Assembly (NCBI RefSeq): GCF_001194135.2
Contig: NC_068989.1
Coordinates: 2,652,244-2,716,243, forward strand
From: Octopus bimaculoides
Lineage: Eukaryota
Length of the DNA stretch: 64,000 nucleotides
Direction of reading: 5' to 3'
The position numbers and the translations under genes were made by a program. The notes beneath the pieces are model-generated. The model was not told the DNA's origin and made no database searches. It saw only the letters and a program-made list of their open reading frames with translations. Positions within the stretch are counted from its first letter, which is position 1, and every line of letters starts with the position of its first letter. Shown here in pieces: positions 50,188 through 62,745 of the stretch.

Positions 50188-50336
50188 CTTTTTCTCTCCG
50201 ACACAATTATATTCAAAAATACTGCGGTCCTTCGACTGCACACAAAAAGTGTCACTTTCGAAGCGGGTGAGATTTCTAGGCGTCATACATTTTCCTCAAG
50301 TATTCATGATGTAAATGAAATTAAACTATTTTGAAG
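50188..50336 (-). other. Candidate exon with possible start (MTPRNLTRFESDTFCVQSKDRSIFEYNCVGEKK)
   Basis: Acceptor aattttcatttcAG, ATG at 50286, 33 open codons ending exactly at AAG|GTAAGC. Confidence 0.2.
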
Positions 50337-52440
50337 CTGAAATGAAAATTTGCTTCTGATTGCGAATTTTCACAAACTTTCGGCGTACCCATAATGCTTT
50401 GCTGTTTCTTTTTTTTTAACCAAGATTTTTTCTTGCATAAGGTCTGAGATTAAAAAAAGAGTGCGAAATAGGATAGTATTAAGCTTAAATCTGTATCGGG
50501 TATGTTTTGGTGTAATCCATCCATCTTTTCCACCCACAAATCCGGTGAGGATAGAGTTCTCAGGCACCTCTTCCAAAGTCTTGTCAGAAGCAACTGCCGT
50601 AACACTTATTTTATTGTTAATCCTAGAAATTTAAACTCGATCGTGGAATCGATTGGTCCAGTGCTCGTCTATAAGTGTACAGTGTTTGCAAAAACAAAAA
50701 AAATTTAAAAACTGAATCTTATTTATGATACAGGAACCTGGTTTTACAAAGTCTCTGTCCGTTCATTCTCTGGTCCCCCACCCATCCTCGAGACGTAATG
50801 GTTGTCGCAGAATTACTCAAACAAAACCCCATCATTAAGGACTTAGAAGCACTTCTCCTCGCCACGAGGATTATACTGTGGTACAACTGTTTATATAAAA
50901 CAATGAATTGTACTTACTCATAACATCTATTTACTGCAAAAGAGTTTGATTCTGCGAGTGTTAAGTTAAAATGCATTTGCCATAAACACGGAGCAGAGTC
51001 AATAGCAAAATACGAACCATCAGGCTTCGTTTTATTAATTTAACTCTTAATTAATTCGTCCTTTAGCTACTGATGATTAGGTGATTAGGATAATTTAATG
51101 AAATTTGACCTTGGGAATCAGGATTAACAGTTATAAACATTCTTGCTAAAAAGTATCTTGTGTGAAACCGTATATTTCGATGACAAATTTTGTAATAATC
51201 GGCGAAAAAAGTTGCTTGAGAGAAAAACCATTATTTCTTAATTTAATTCATAAGTTAATTTTCCGAACCATTTGATTATATTAGCCAGAAAAATAACTTA
51301 ATGTGATTGGTTATAGATAATTTTCTTTTATATGATCTAATAATTGTATATTTGATTGTTGCGGTAAATTGTGCATATATGAAAGTCACAACAATAACAA
51401 CAACAGCAATAACAAATAAACTCGAGTGTAATTACGCAGGTTTAAAGATCCGAATATGTTTTGTTTTGTTTTTTTTTTTTTTGTTTTTTGAGATTTTTTT
51501 TATTGCCTTCATTGTAGCAGTTCTGAGTTATTTTATTGTATTACATACGACACTTAATCATAACAGAGAGTTAATAAGAAATCCTACTTGTTTTACTAAC
51601 GGTAGCAGCTCCTGTCATTGATTTATTGCGTTCGGAATTCATGGCGACCGTTATTAGTCATCTTCCGAAAATATAAGTTATGAAGACAATAAGTTAATAG
51701 ATATTGCTATGAATTGCTATAAATTAATAGGTGTAGTTACTAAAGAAACACAAAACGATATATTTTTTTGTGCGCTTCTCTTCTTTTGAGAGAAAAAGAA
51801 TCTATTTTGTCCAACTGTGGTGGTTTCAGTACATTAAGTGCAATATTTCCAGTGAAGAGTCGACAGTCTGTATGCAGCAACAGGCGGTGCGCTAAACTCA
51901 GTCAATCTAATCAACCTGATTATATACTACATGCTTGGTTCACCGCTATCGACGGGGGGAGCACTGTGTAATCCATAAGTGATTCAGCAACAAGCCCGAG
52001 TTCTGTTTAAAGCCCCTGGCTATGAGAGAAACTCAGCTTTAGCCATTCAAGCACCAACATGCGCCCAATAATACTACGCGAAATCTTGACCAAATTCTTC
52101 AACCACATCATAACCTCGGCTCAACAAATGCCTTGTAAGTGACACGTCTAAGAGAGAAACTATCGGAGACTTGCCGAAATTCTAGAAAAAACAAGCTGCC
52201 TTGTAAGTGCCATCACTTACATATATGTACATGTAGACACATAAATGCGTGTGTGTTATACATAAATACATACATATGTGCGTGCACATGCACAAACATG
52301 TATGTTATCGAAAGAGTAAAAATGAGATAAATAATAATTTCTCGTTGCCATATCTCTTTCTACTTTGGCAGAGTCCAAATTTACTATTCTTAAACACGAA
52401 CTTATTGATAGTCTTCGAAGTTTTGGCGAGTTAAGCCATC

Positions 52441-52780
52441 GTCAGACTACGATGTATTGAAGTTAATCTTGGTTTTTTATAGTTTCTGTTGAGTTAAAAT
52501 CATCGTTGGGTGTGTAATTAGGTTTTAGGTGGGTTGTTATGGAGGGGTGTTTTGGAGAAATATTTATTGATTAATTTTGGGGGTATGTTATTGTTTAGAA
52601 TTTATCAATGAGTGTAGTACTTTGTAAGCAGGTGAGAATATTTCTCAAAGATGCCTCTCCATAACAACCCGCCCTAAAATCTAATTACCACCCGACTCGA
52701 ACCCACACACCAAAGGAAGACTTTAAATCAACAGTGACTAAATAAATCCCAAGATTAATTTCAAAGCATCGCAATCCGAC
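52441..52780. mobile_element. Foldback/MITE-like element with ~120-bp imperfect terminal inverted repeats
   Basis: 52441-52564 pairs with 52637-52780 (e.g. GGGTTGTTATGGAG vs CTCCATAACAACCC; GTTAATCTTGG vs CCAAGATTAAT); the right arm carries ~20 extra nt. Confidence 0.8.
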
Positions 52781-52965
52781 TGAAATTTCGCTGGCTGAAA
52801 TTTCGAAGTCACTGTCAATAATATTCTTGTTTAAGAATAGTATATATTTTTATAAGTGGCCAATACTGTGTGGCAGGATCAAACCAAGAGCTACATGGTT
52901 CCAAAGCGAATTGCTTCATGTAATGAGAGTTTATAGTGTTCAAACATGGTTTACAGAGTGTGTGT

Positions 52966-53320
52966 GGGGGTGCAATGGCCCAGTGGTTACGGCAGCGGAC
53001 TCGCGGTCGTGGGATAACGGTTTCGATTCCCAGACCGGGCGCTGTGAGTGTTTATTGAGCGAAAACACCTAAAGCTCCACGAGGCTCCGGCAGGGTGTGA
53101 TGGCGAACCCTGCTGTATTCTTTCACCACAACTTTCTCTCACTCTTTCTTCCTGTTTCTGTTGCCCCTGTATTTCGAAGGGGCCATGCTGAATCTTCCCG
53201 AGAACTACACGTGTCTGTGGAGTGCTCAGCCACTTACACGTTAATTTCATGAGCAGGCTGTTCCATTGATCGGATCAACCCTCGTCGTCGTAACCGACGG
53301 AGTGCCACGACGATGACGAC
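52966..53320 (+). mobile_element. Family C SINE, full length with (ACG)n tail
   Basis: A-box TGGCCCAGTGG (52976), B-box GGTTTCGATTCC (53019), 3' region shared with 9780-9880. Confidence 0.85.
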
Positions 53321-53536
53321 AGTATGTGTGTGTGTGTGTGTTCGTGCATGCGTGCGTGTGCGTGCATGTGTGTGTGTGCATATGTGTGTGTGTACAGTTC
53401 AAGTATTATTCAACTGTATTTGTATACTTTTCAATTACGATTTCGTCACGTTTATATATTGTTCAGATACGGCTCCACTTCCCCCTCTTTCCCCCTATCT
53501 TACTTTCTCTCTCTCTCACACACATTCTCTGTCTTC

Positions 53537-53572
<36 letters not shown>

Positions 53573-55958
53573 GCATTGTACACAATGCACCTCTGATACG
53601 GTTTGCTTTAGCGTAAGGTTTCCTCTTTTAAATGCCTCTTATTGAATAAAGTTTGCGTTGCCATAACTCCCCCTGTTTGTCGTATTATGGCTCCGATTAA
53701 CGCTGTTCTGCATGCTGCTGGTGCTCTGGTGGTGATGGCGACAGTGGATTGCTGTTTAACACCGAGGTCGACCTTGATCGAGAAGAAGGGCGAAAGCATT
53801 CTTGCTGTGATCAGCATGTCTTATTCAAAGCATTGCTTTTTGTAACGTAACAAACCTCAGTTTGAAGGAGAATTTGGTAGTTATTTCTAGCAAGTGGAGT
53901 GACTACATCGAGGTTCAGTAGTTGTGTTAATTCTTCAGCATAGATTTCTGTAACAAATATATTTTCTAGAACTATAATTCAACAGATGCCCTACTTTCAA
54001 GTTTTTTATAGCAGTGCAATTAAATTTAATTTGTTTTCCCGTTGCTGATGTTGGATTATCCTGTTCATGAATCTTTTGACAAAGTTATTGTGCTTTTATT
54101 AGATTTTTTTTATAGTAGACACTTTGTTTCTTTTTTTTTTTATCTTATAAGTAATTACAACGTGAAACCTATTTCGGAAATATCTGCAGACAAATCGTAA
54201 AGAGAGAGATACTACAAATTAAAATCAGTTTGAACGAAATATTGACCGACATAGAAACCGACAAGTAATGTGCGATGAAAATGTAAAAGCATTGTTGCGG
54301 CAACATAAGTTCCTGTTTAACAAAAGAACTTTGGATTGGTTTTATTCGACTACTTGACAAGAAATTATCGTTTTCTTCAATGAAGCATATCTGTCAAATT
54401 TGCTCATTATATTTAACAAACATCGTCATTATATTTAACACACTGTCATTATATTGTACACACACTGCCATTATATTTAGCACTTTGCCAAGCTAGCTTG
54501 TAGAGGTATTAGAGCATTGGAAAGACTACTTTGCGCTGTTTCTTCCGCTCCATTACGCTCTGGAGTTCAAATTCCTCCGATGTCTATATTTCCTTTTCAT
54601 CCTTTTGAGGTTGATAAAATTAGTACCAATTGAGAACTGGGGTCAATGAAATCGATTTACCCTTCTGCCCTCGAAATTTCAGGTCTGGCGGTCAGGATGC
54701 TGCTCTCAAGAGGAGGTTGAGAGTGGTACGGAACAACAGTTCTGTCAGCGGCCACAACCGACGGGCATTTTTCTCGTTGATAATTTCTTAATAATTATCT
54801 GCTATTTTAACCGAGACACAGATAAGAATCATCTTTCCCAAAAGACAGAGAGAGAGAGAGAGAGAGAGACTTACATACGCAATTATCGTAACGTCAGTCA
54901 GACTTGTACACACACATGCATTCACTTCTCCATCTCTTCACTCACACATACACTCGCACATACTTAGGTAGAATATGTCTTTTTTCATACGTCAGATAAA
55001 CACTAACTTGAACAAAACGACTTTCATTACAGATTAAATCTTGTAAAATCACTTCACCGGGGGGCCGAAACTCACGACATGTATTCGATTTTCTGTAGGC
55101 TTCTTTTGATGTTTGTGACTCTCATTGGCAATTGAATTTTGCTAATAGTAAATCGAAATTTTTTCCGATAGTAAATCAACTGTTTGAGACCATCTTGCTT
55201 TGGATTACTGACACGAACTGGAAAAGTACAAGGAAATAATTGAATTCAGACGCCTCGGGTGTGAATTGAAATTTTAATCACAGACTCGATTTAGTAGCAG
55301 CTTACGATTATTTTACTATTCTTACTATCACTCAACTACTCGTCAACACAAGTTTAGCCCCTTCATTTCAGGTGCACACCATATTCTCTAGCATGGAATA
55401 ATGATTTATATCATTGACACGATGCCATGCATTTAGTAGAGCAATGTAGAAGAGAAATATTCAACCAGATTGATTCCTGGTACCTATTTTATTGATTCTG
55501 AAAGACGAAAGGCAAATCTATCCCAAGAAACTTCGTTCGACCCATGCCAGCATCGAAAAGTGGACGTTAAAACTATGATGATCAAGAATAAACCTCAATG
55601 CCGACATGATTTTGAACATGAAATTAACGCTCGAAATAAAGAATTTGAAGCCATTTTCAACATCGTTCCACAGATGCTGCTGCACACCATCCTTTTCCTG
55701 TCTTACATCAAACGTGTGTTTCAATTTCCTACTCCATCTTTGAACACCGAATGCTGTACGCTTTAATCTTCCATTCCAATCTCTCCTTTCGCATTCCATC
55801 CTACTCCGTTTTTTACCATCTTTGTTCTTTGTTCTGTCTTCACAAGTATCTTCAACAAGCAATTCTAAGCAACCAAGAACAGCAATATTAACAACATCGT
55901 GCAATTTTCTTAAATATTACTACATTCGCATATTTTACTTTTCGGATGTAAAGATAAA

Positions 55959-55989
<31 letters not shown>

Positions 55990-55992
<3 letters not shown>

Positions 55993-56690
55993 GTTTCGAA
56001 TTTTGCCACAAGGGCAGCGATTTGAGGGGAGGGGGGTGAGTCCATTACATCGACCTCAGTGTTTCAGTGGTACTTGTTCTATCGACCCCGAAAGGATGAA
56101 AGGTAAAGTCGATCTCGGTGGAGCTTGAACTCAGAACGTACCGATGTCCGGCATTTCGTCCGGCTTTTCGTCCGGCGCACTAACGATTCTACCAGCTCGC
56201 CGTCTTAATAACGATAATCCTTTCTACTATAGGCACAAAGTCTGAAATTTAGGAGGAAGGGGCCAGTCGATTAGATCGACCCCAGTACGCAACTGGTACT
56301 TAACTTATCGACCCCGAAAGGATGAAAGGCAAAGTCGATCTCGGCGAAATTTGAACCCAGAGCGTAAAACAGACGAAATACCTCTAAGCATTCCATCCGG
56401 CCTGTTAACGTTTCTGCCAGCTCGCCGCCTGCTGCTGATGATGGTGATGATGCATAGCAGAATGGAAATTATATGACGTAATATTGGTTTCAAATTTCGA
56501 CACAAGGCCAGCAATTTCACGGATGTGGGGAGTAAGTCGATTACATCGGCCCCACTGTTCGACTGATACTTAGTATATCGACTCCGAAGGGCGAAATGCA
56601 GAGTCGACCTCGGCGGAATTTGAACTTCAGAACATAAAGACGAACGAAATGGCGCTAAGCATTTTATCCGGCATGCTAACAATTCTGCCA
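55990..56690 (-). mobile_element. Three head-to-tail family A SINEs
   Basis: Copies at ~55990-56205, 56220-56430 and 56485-56690, all on the minus strand. Confidence 0.92.
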
Positions 56691-57682
56691 TGGGTATATT
56701 CTTTAAACTGCATCCGATAATGGGGTCTGGTTTGGGTGTTTCAGGGCTTTGAGGAATGTGGAACCCTTCTTAACCATTATTATTCCTAGGTTACTTTGAC
56801 CCGGAGTAGTAGCAACAGCAGTTAGGGTCGAAGCTGAGGGTTAACTTAGCATGTGAACCAATAAGAATGAAGGATCCCCAGATCAAGTTAAAACTTCCTT
56901 CTAGAAGATAAACCTCGTGTAAAAAAACTGAATGGCGGTGGTGGTGGTGATGATGATGATGATGATGATATCAACGATAAAAAGAAAAACGGAAATGTCT
57001 CGGAAATATAAATGGAGAAGGAAAAAAAGTTATAGAGGAAAGTACATTTCATTCAATTTTGTTCTCCCGTAATTCAATTCATTCTTGTATTATTTTAAAT
57101 TTATTTCTATTTATTTATTTATTTATTTTAATCTATCTTACGTTTATTTACAAACTTCGGCCATCAACCCCTGGTTGTCATACAATATTCATTTTCGAAC
57201 ATTCATATGCTAACCTACGCTTTTCAACTTGCATGTCTATGTATATGAGTTTATGTATATATCCGCTTATGTATGTGTGTGTGTGTGTGTCTCCATAATC
57301 GCATAAGTACACTTAAATGCATGTGTTTGTTTTCGTGCTTGCGTGCATGTGTGTGTGTTTACGTAGTTATGTATACACATAAACACACAATCATAGACAC
57401 ACGCTTATATAAATGGATGATGGTGGAATGCATGTGTATGTATATATGTGTATGTATATGTGTATGTATGTATGTATGTATGTGTGTATGTGTATATATG
57501 TGTATGTCTAAAATAGCTGAAATATTAGTTTCCAAGCAGGACACATGGCTTTGTATTGAAAGAGATAAATATCTCCAAGCATCTGATTCACTACGACACA
57601 CGTTGTCTTTTCTCTCATTTCCTTCTCAAAGCATTTATGTAAATACAGCACTTAGTTTAAAAGTCCATTATTGTCAGTAATT

Positions 57683-57855
57683 TCAGGGGAGTGAGTGTAA
57701 GTCGATTACATCGACCCCAGTGTTCAATTAGTGCTTATCTTATCGACCCTGAAAGGATGAAAAGCACAGTCCACCTCGGTGGAATTTGATCTCGGAACGT
57801 AAAAACGGACGGAATGCCACTAAGCATGCTAACGCTTCTACCAGCTCACCGCCGT
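57683..57855 (-). mobile_element. Family A SINE
   Basis: GTAAGTCGATTACATCGACCCCAG...GGAATTTGATCTCGGAACG...CCAGCTCACCGCC. Confidence 0.88.
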
Positions 57856-58415
57856 AAATGAAAAAAAAAAAACATTGTTCACCACCAAAAATACAAATTA
57901 GAATTCATCTTTACAAAATTAAGTTTCGCATGCAACGATTGAAGTTGCTAAGATCTAAAGATAAGACCAAAACTATTCTCTTAATTTTTGTCCATTCTAT
58001 ACATTGGTTTTGTTTACTGCAACAAACTTAACGTCTATTCTATAACAAAATACTTGTATACATTTTATATCTTCAGAGGTGTGATTTTCCTTCAATAAAA
58101 ATATCTTTTTTTTTATTCATTCTGCACTCAGAAATATTATGAAAACAAATTTTAAATCTTGAATTATTTTTTTTCATTTCGATTTCAATTTCAAATCTTA
58201 GAAAGTCACAAAGGATGGTAAATAAATTTCAAAATGATCTTCAGCATGCGGCACAAAACAAAAATAAAATCAAATAATTTCACACGCACACGTATATAAT
58301 AAACACATACATACACACAAATGCACACACTATTTTATTGTGCATTTTAACATCTGTATGACTAGGCGTGTGTGTGTGTGTGTATATGGGTGTGCGAGTG
58401 CGTATATATATATAG

Positions 58416-58464
<49 letters not shown>

Positions 58465-59159
58465 TGTATTATTTGTATGTTTCCTGTTTCTTAATTTGCC
58501 TCGACGCTCTCTGTCTTATGTCAGTTAGCTTAGTGGGGTGGCGTCTGAGGGCTCCATCTGGGTGCGTAAATATTTACTTTTAAAAATATATAGTAAGAGT
58601 AATGTTTATTTTAACTTCATACTAAAACAAAACGAAATGAAATGGCAACTTGCGTGTTCAGAAGGAAAAAAAAATGAGGAATCTCTTCTGAAGATTAACA
58701 CTGAAACTTCACCGAATAGCACGTCGCTTCTTTCTGACGGAAATACAACACGTCAACGTAAGAATTCTTAGAATCAAACTTGGCACCTGCCAATTCATAA
58801 ACACGCACATGTATCCATACATTTATGTATCTGTCTGTCTGTCTGTCTAGATAGATAGACAGATAGATAGATAGATAGATGTGTGTGTGTATTAATGGCT
58901 TCTGTTTGATACTTAATACCCAAAAGATTACGATATTCAGAAATTACCAGACATGAGACTTGACAAGATAATCCCAAACTTTTAATTTATCTATTTATTT
59001 ATTTATTTTGATCCCGGGAGAGATAGAAACCTTTGTTTACATTTAGCTGCCAGGTTTAAAATACAGACATCACTTAAGTTAAATTTAATGTGTGCGTGTA
59101 TGCAGATGTGTAAGAAGAAAACCTTTTAGATTATTTTAGCGACATTTTAAGCATAACAA

Positions 59160-59213
59160 TGAACACTTACTACATATATATGTATATATATATGTTACAT
59201 ATATATAGATTTG

Positions 59214-59259
<46 letters not shown>

Positions 59260-59355
59260 TGTGTGTGTATGTATATATATATATATGTACGTATATATAT
59301 ATATGTACGTATATATATATTACTGTGTGTCTGTATATGTATGTATGTATGTACG
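59160..59355. repeat. (AT)n/(TATG)n compound microsatellite; similar tracts at 57230-57510, 58290-58465 and 60840-60965
   Basis: Read directly. Confidence 0.95.
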
Positions 59356-59534
59356 TTTACACTGTCATCTCTCACCCCGACCGCCTCGAAGCTCTCAAAC
59401 ATTTCCTCCACCTACCAACCATTCTGAATCCCATTATCTTCATAGATAAAGGAATTCGGTTATTTGTATCAATAGTCATGATTGTCAAGTCATCAATTCT
59501 CTCATCAGTAAGCACACACTTGTATGTATGTAAG

Positions 59535-59576
<42 letters not shown>

Positions 59577-60197
59577 GTGTGGGTGTGAAATAGCATAAAG
59601 CAAAAATGGAGCCAGGGGAATAGATAGAAAACGAGAGAAGTTACAACAAAGTAAGTCAGAAAAGTGATGAACAGAATGTGAATAGACAAAAAAAAAACAA
59701 AAAAAACATAACGTTAATAGTTGTTTCACAAAAATGTTACAACGAAAAGGAAAAAAAAAAGCAGACGATCAATGTGCCAGGTGAACTCCTTATCAAATTA
59801 GAATAAGATAAAAGAAGCAAGAAAAGGAACGATACCCTTCTGAAACACATGTATATACACACACATGCTTTAAACAGGTATCACTTCTTTTCTAGTTTAT
59901 TTCTCTCTTTACTCTACTTTGGTAAAGAGTTCACTCGAAATCTCAGTCTGCTTTTCTTTTCTTTTTTTCTATTTTCGGCGTGCCATTCACTGTAAACAAC
60001 TTTTATTTTCTTTTGTCTATTTAAATTTTTTTCCCATCAATTTTTGAATTTTTGTCTACCTTTCCTAATCACACCTGTTGGCTATTTGTTCGTATCTTAT
60101 TCCTGTCGCTCCATTTGTGCTATTCACCTATCAATTTTCTTATGTCAATGCAGTAGAAACCCGCGTGCTTCCCATATCATCCAAAACAATTTTGTTG

Positions 60198-60228
<31 letters not shown>

Positions 60229-60849
60229 CATAAAAAGTCAGAAGGTATGAATGCGAATTGAATATACTTATATTCGCAGCCTTCATCATGTGATTATAAT
60301 TTCAGAGTGTGCATGTGAACTAATGTGATTTGTAATTATACAATTGAATTCAAGTGTATAATTGCAAATCAGCATGCATATTATTGTAGGCATGTAAAAT
60401 AATTCATTACACACTGAAATTATTATTACACGACGAAGGCTGCGAAACGGCCGTAACCCTAAGGATAATAAGTGGTTAAATATAAATGTATTCACCTCTC
60501 ATACATTATAACAGTTTATGGTTTATATACACATCATGAAATAACTGCATCGATTGATCTCCAGGATTTTAGCTGTATAGAACTGTGCATTATACTCCTT
60601 CGTGTTTTGGATTCGTATGTGGTCTGCTAGCCGGATCCGCTAGAGGTGCTTTCCTTGATAGCCTTATGAGTTTATGAACCTATATATTACACTACAAATT
60701 TATATATATTATATATATATATATTGCCTAGGTGTCGAAGCCAAAATGATATCCGTTGTGCAGCTGATGATGAAGGTATGTTAGATTGTTGATATGGCTG
60801 TTTTTGTATATGTGAAATAGTACTATAACACATCCTTTTGATATATATT

Positions 60850-60893
<44 letters not shown>

Positions 60894-60912
60894 TGTGTGG
60901 TGGGTGTATGCA

Positions 60913-60967
<55 letters not shown>

Positions 60968-61231
60968 CATGAATGGCTATTGTTCAGTTTAGCTTTACGT
61001 GATTTCAGCTTCCATATCCTCAGGATATCGTTGCAGAACCCTTAACGTAATTATATTATTCGGCGAGAAAACTGCTAATCTCCCACAGAGGGATTCACTT
61101 CTGTTGTAAAAGTTTAAATTTTCATCTTATGGGAAATTACACTTTTTACTCTGTATTGTTTACACACATATGATCATTTATACCATCTCTCTTTCAGATG
61201 ACTGAAAGGAGTAAAAGAATGAAAGAATATA

Positions 61232-61325
61232 AAGCGCGTTCAAAAAGTATCCGACTTTATTTTTTCCCGCCAAAACTAAAGGCGCACGAGCGAAATCGTT
61301 TGGGTGAGAGATGACACCATCTGTT
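61232..61325 (+). mobile_element. Probable mariner-like terminal fragment
   Basis: GTTCAAAAAGTATCCGACTTTATTTTTTCCCGCCAAAAC resembles mariner TIR/subterminal sequence; assignment from recall. Confidence 0.5.
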
Positions 61326-62480
61326 TTGTTAGTATATAATGCCTGTGTACATAGGCACACACACATACATATATGCTTGCGTACATTCATACGTATGTAG
61401 CTGCATATATACACATATATATTATTGCATGCATTTGTCTGTGTGTGCGTGTGTGTCCATATATATATATATATGTGTGTGTGTGTGTATGAGTGTGCGT
61501 AATTGTCTTTATCTGTGTAACAATATGGAACCAATGTCTGGAGAATGTTATTTAGATTTCCTTCCGTAAAACCTTCCTGTTCTGCCTTTGTTGATTGTTC
61601 TACAATTTTAAGTGATGACCTTTTGACAGCTCAAAGACAACTGACAAATTTTGAGACTAAATCTGAGAAAGTGTGACTGGAAAATCAATAAATTTATAAC
61701 CAAACCAATATCTGTTAGTGAACTGAACTTCTCAATCGTATTTATCGTCTCAGGATCTTAGCTTCGTATTGTCATTGGGTGTTGTTATCTTCAATGTGAC
61801 GCCGCTGATAACAAGTGTTTTTAAAGAAAGATTTCAATTACTCTGTGTAACAATGAGTAAAGTCTGCTTTATTTGGAAATCTCAACTCGATGAAACAATT
61901 TTAAATTGCTACTTTACAAAGTTTGTAATGTAATAGTTTTGTTGTATAATAATGAAGGTTGGTTAATAACAGAAGTACCAGCAGAAGAGATAGATGGTGG
62001 ACATTGCTGTCTGTTACTGTCGGTATTTGAGGTTCATTTTCCACAAAGAATAAATAATTAGCGATAATTGTCAGAAAGGAGACTTTGGCAAATGATAGCA
62101 TTTTCTTTGGGCTTCTTTTGGGGAGATAAATACGCTCAGGGAGCTCTTTTGAATCTCGAAAATCAAGCTACGAAGCCTTATCCTGATGGAGAAGCTTTGC
62201 TAAGAGATATTTCACACAATGAAAACCAATTAGTAGCTAAATGAAATCTTACATTTAATGAAGCTGTTAGCCTTACCACTAATATTGCCCAATGACTAAC
62301 GTGAACTGACCAAACATATTGACCAATCATTTCTTATATTCTGAACACCCCTTTAATAGAAGAGAAAGAGAATGTGTATCTACGCAAGCACACACGCAAA
62401 CACAGAGGTACGTTTATGTGTGTGTGTGTGTGTAGTAGTAGTAGTAGTAGTAGTAGTAGTATTTTGTTGTTGTTGTTGTT

Positions 62481-62745
62481 AACCCATGGTCTCTCCTGAT
62501 GGTAACCGCAATCCTCTGCCGGTTGTTTTCTTCCCTCTTTTCATATTAAGTACTGAGCATTTGGTAATCCCAAATTCCATAGCGATGTCCCTACCACACT
62601 TCTGGACTGTTTTGGTTAAGAAATCCTTTTTCCAGATTTCCCAAACAATTTCAGGTCATCCATAAACAGAAGATGGTTCAATGATGGGCCTTTCTCTCCC
62701 ACATCGATAACTCACCTTAACTTTCCTGAGTGTCATTGTTATGGG
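62481..62745 (-). mobile_element. R4/Dong-like reverse transcriptase fragment
   Basis: Minus strand NHLLFMDDLKLFGK (catalytic FMDD) and DIAMEFGITKCSVLNMKRGK. Confidence 0.9.

Noticed and set aside
55518-55904. 128-aa minus-strand ORF with faint Tc1-like flavour
   Set aside because: No catalytic motif recovered; it starts within SINE-derived sequence.
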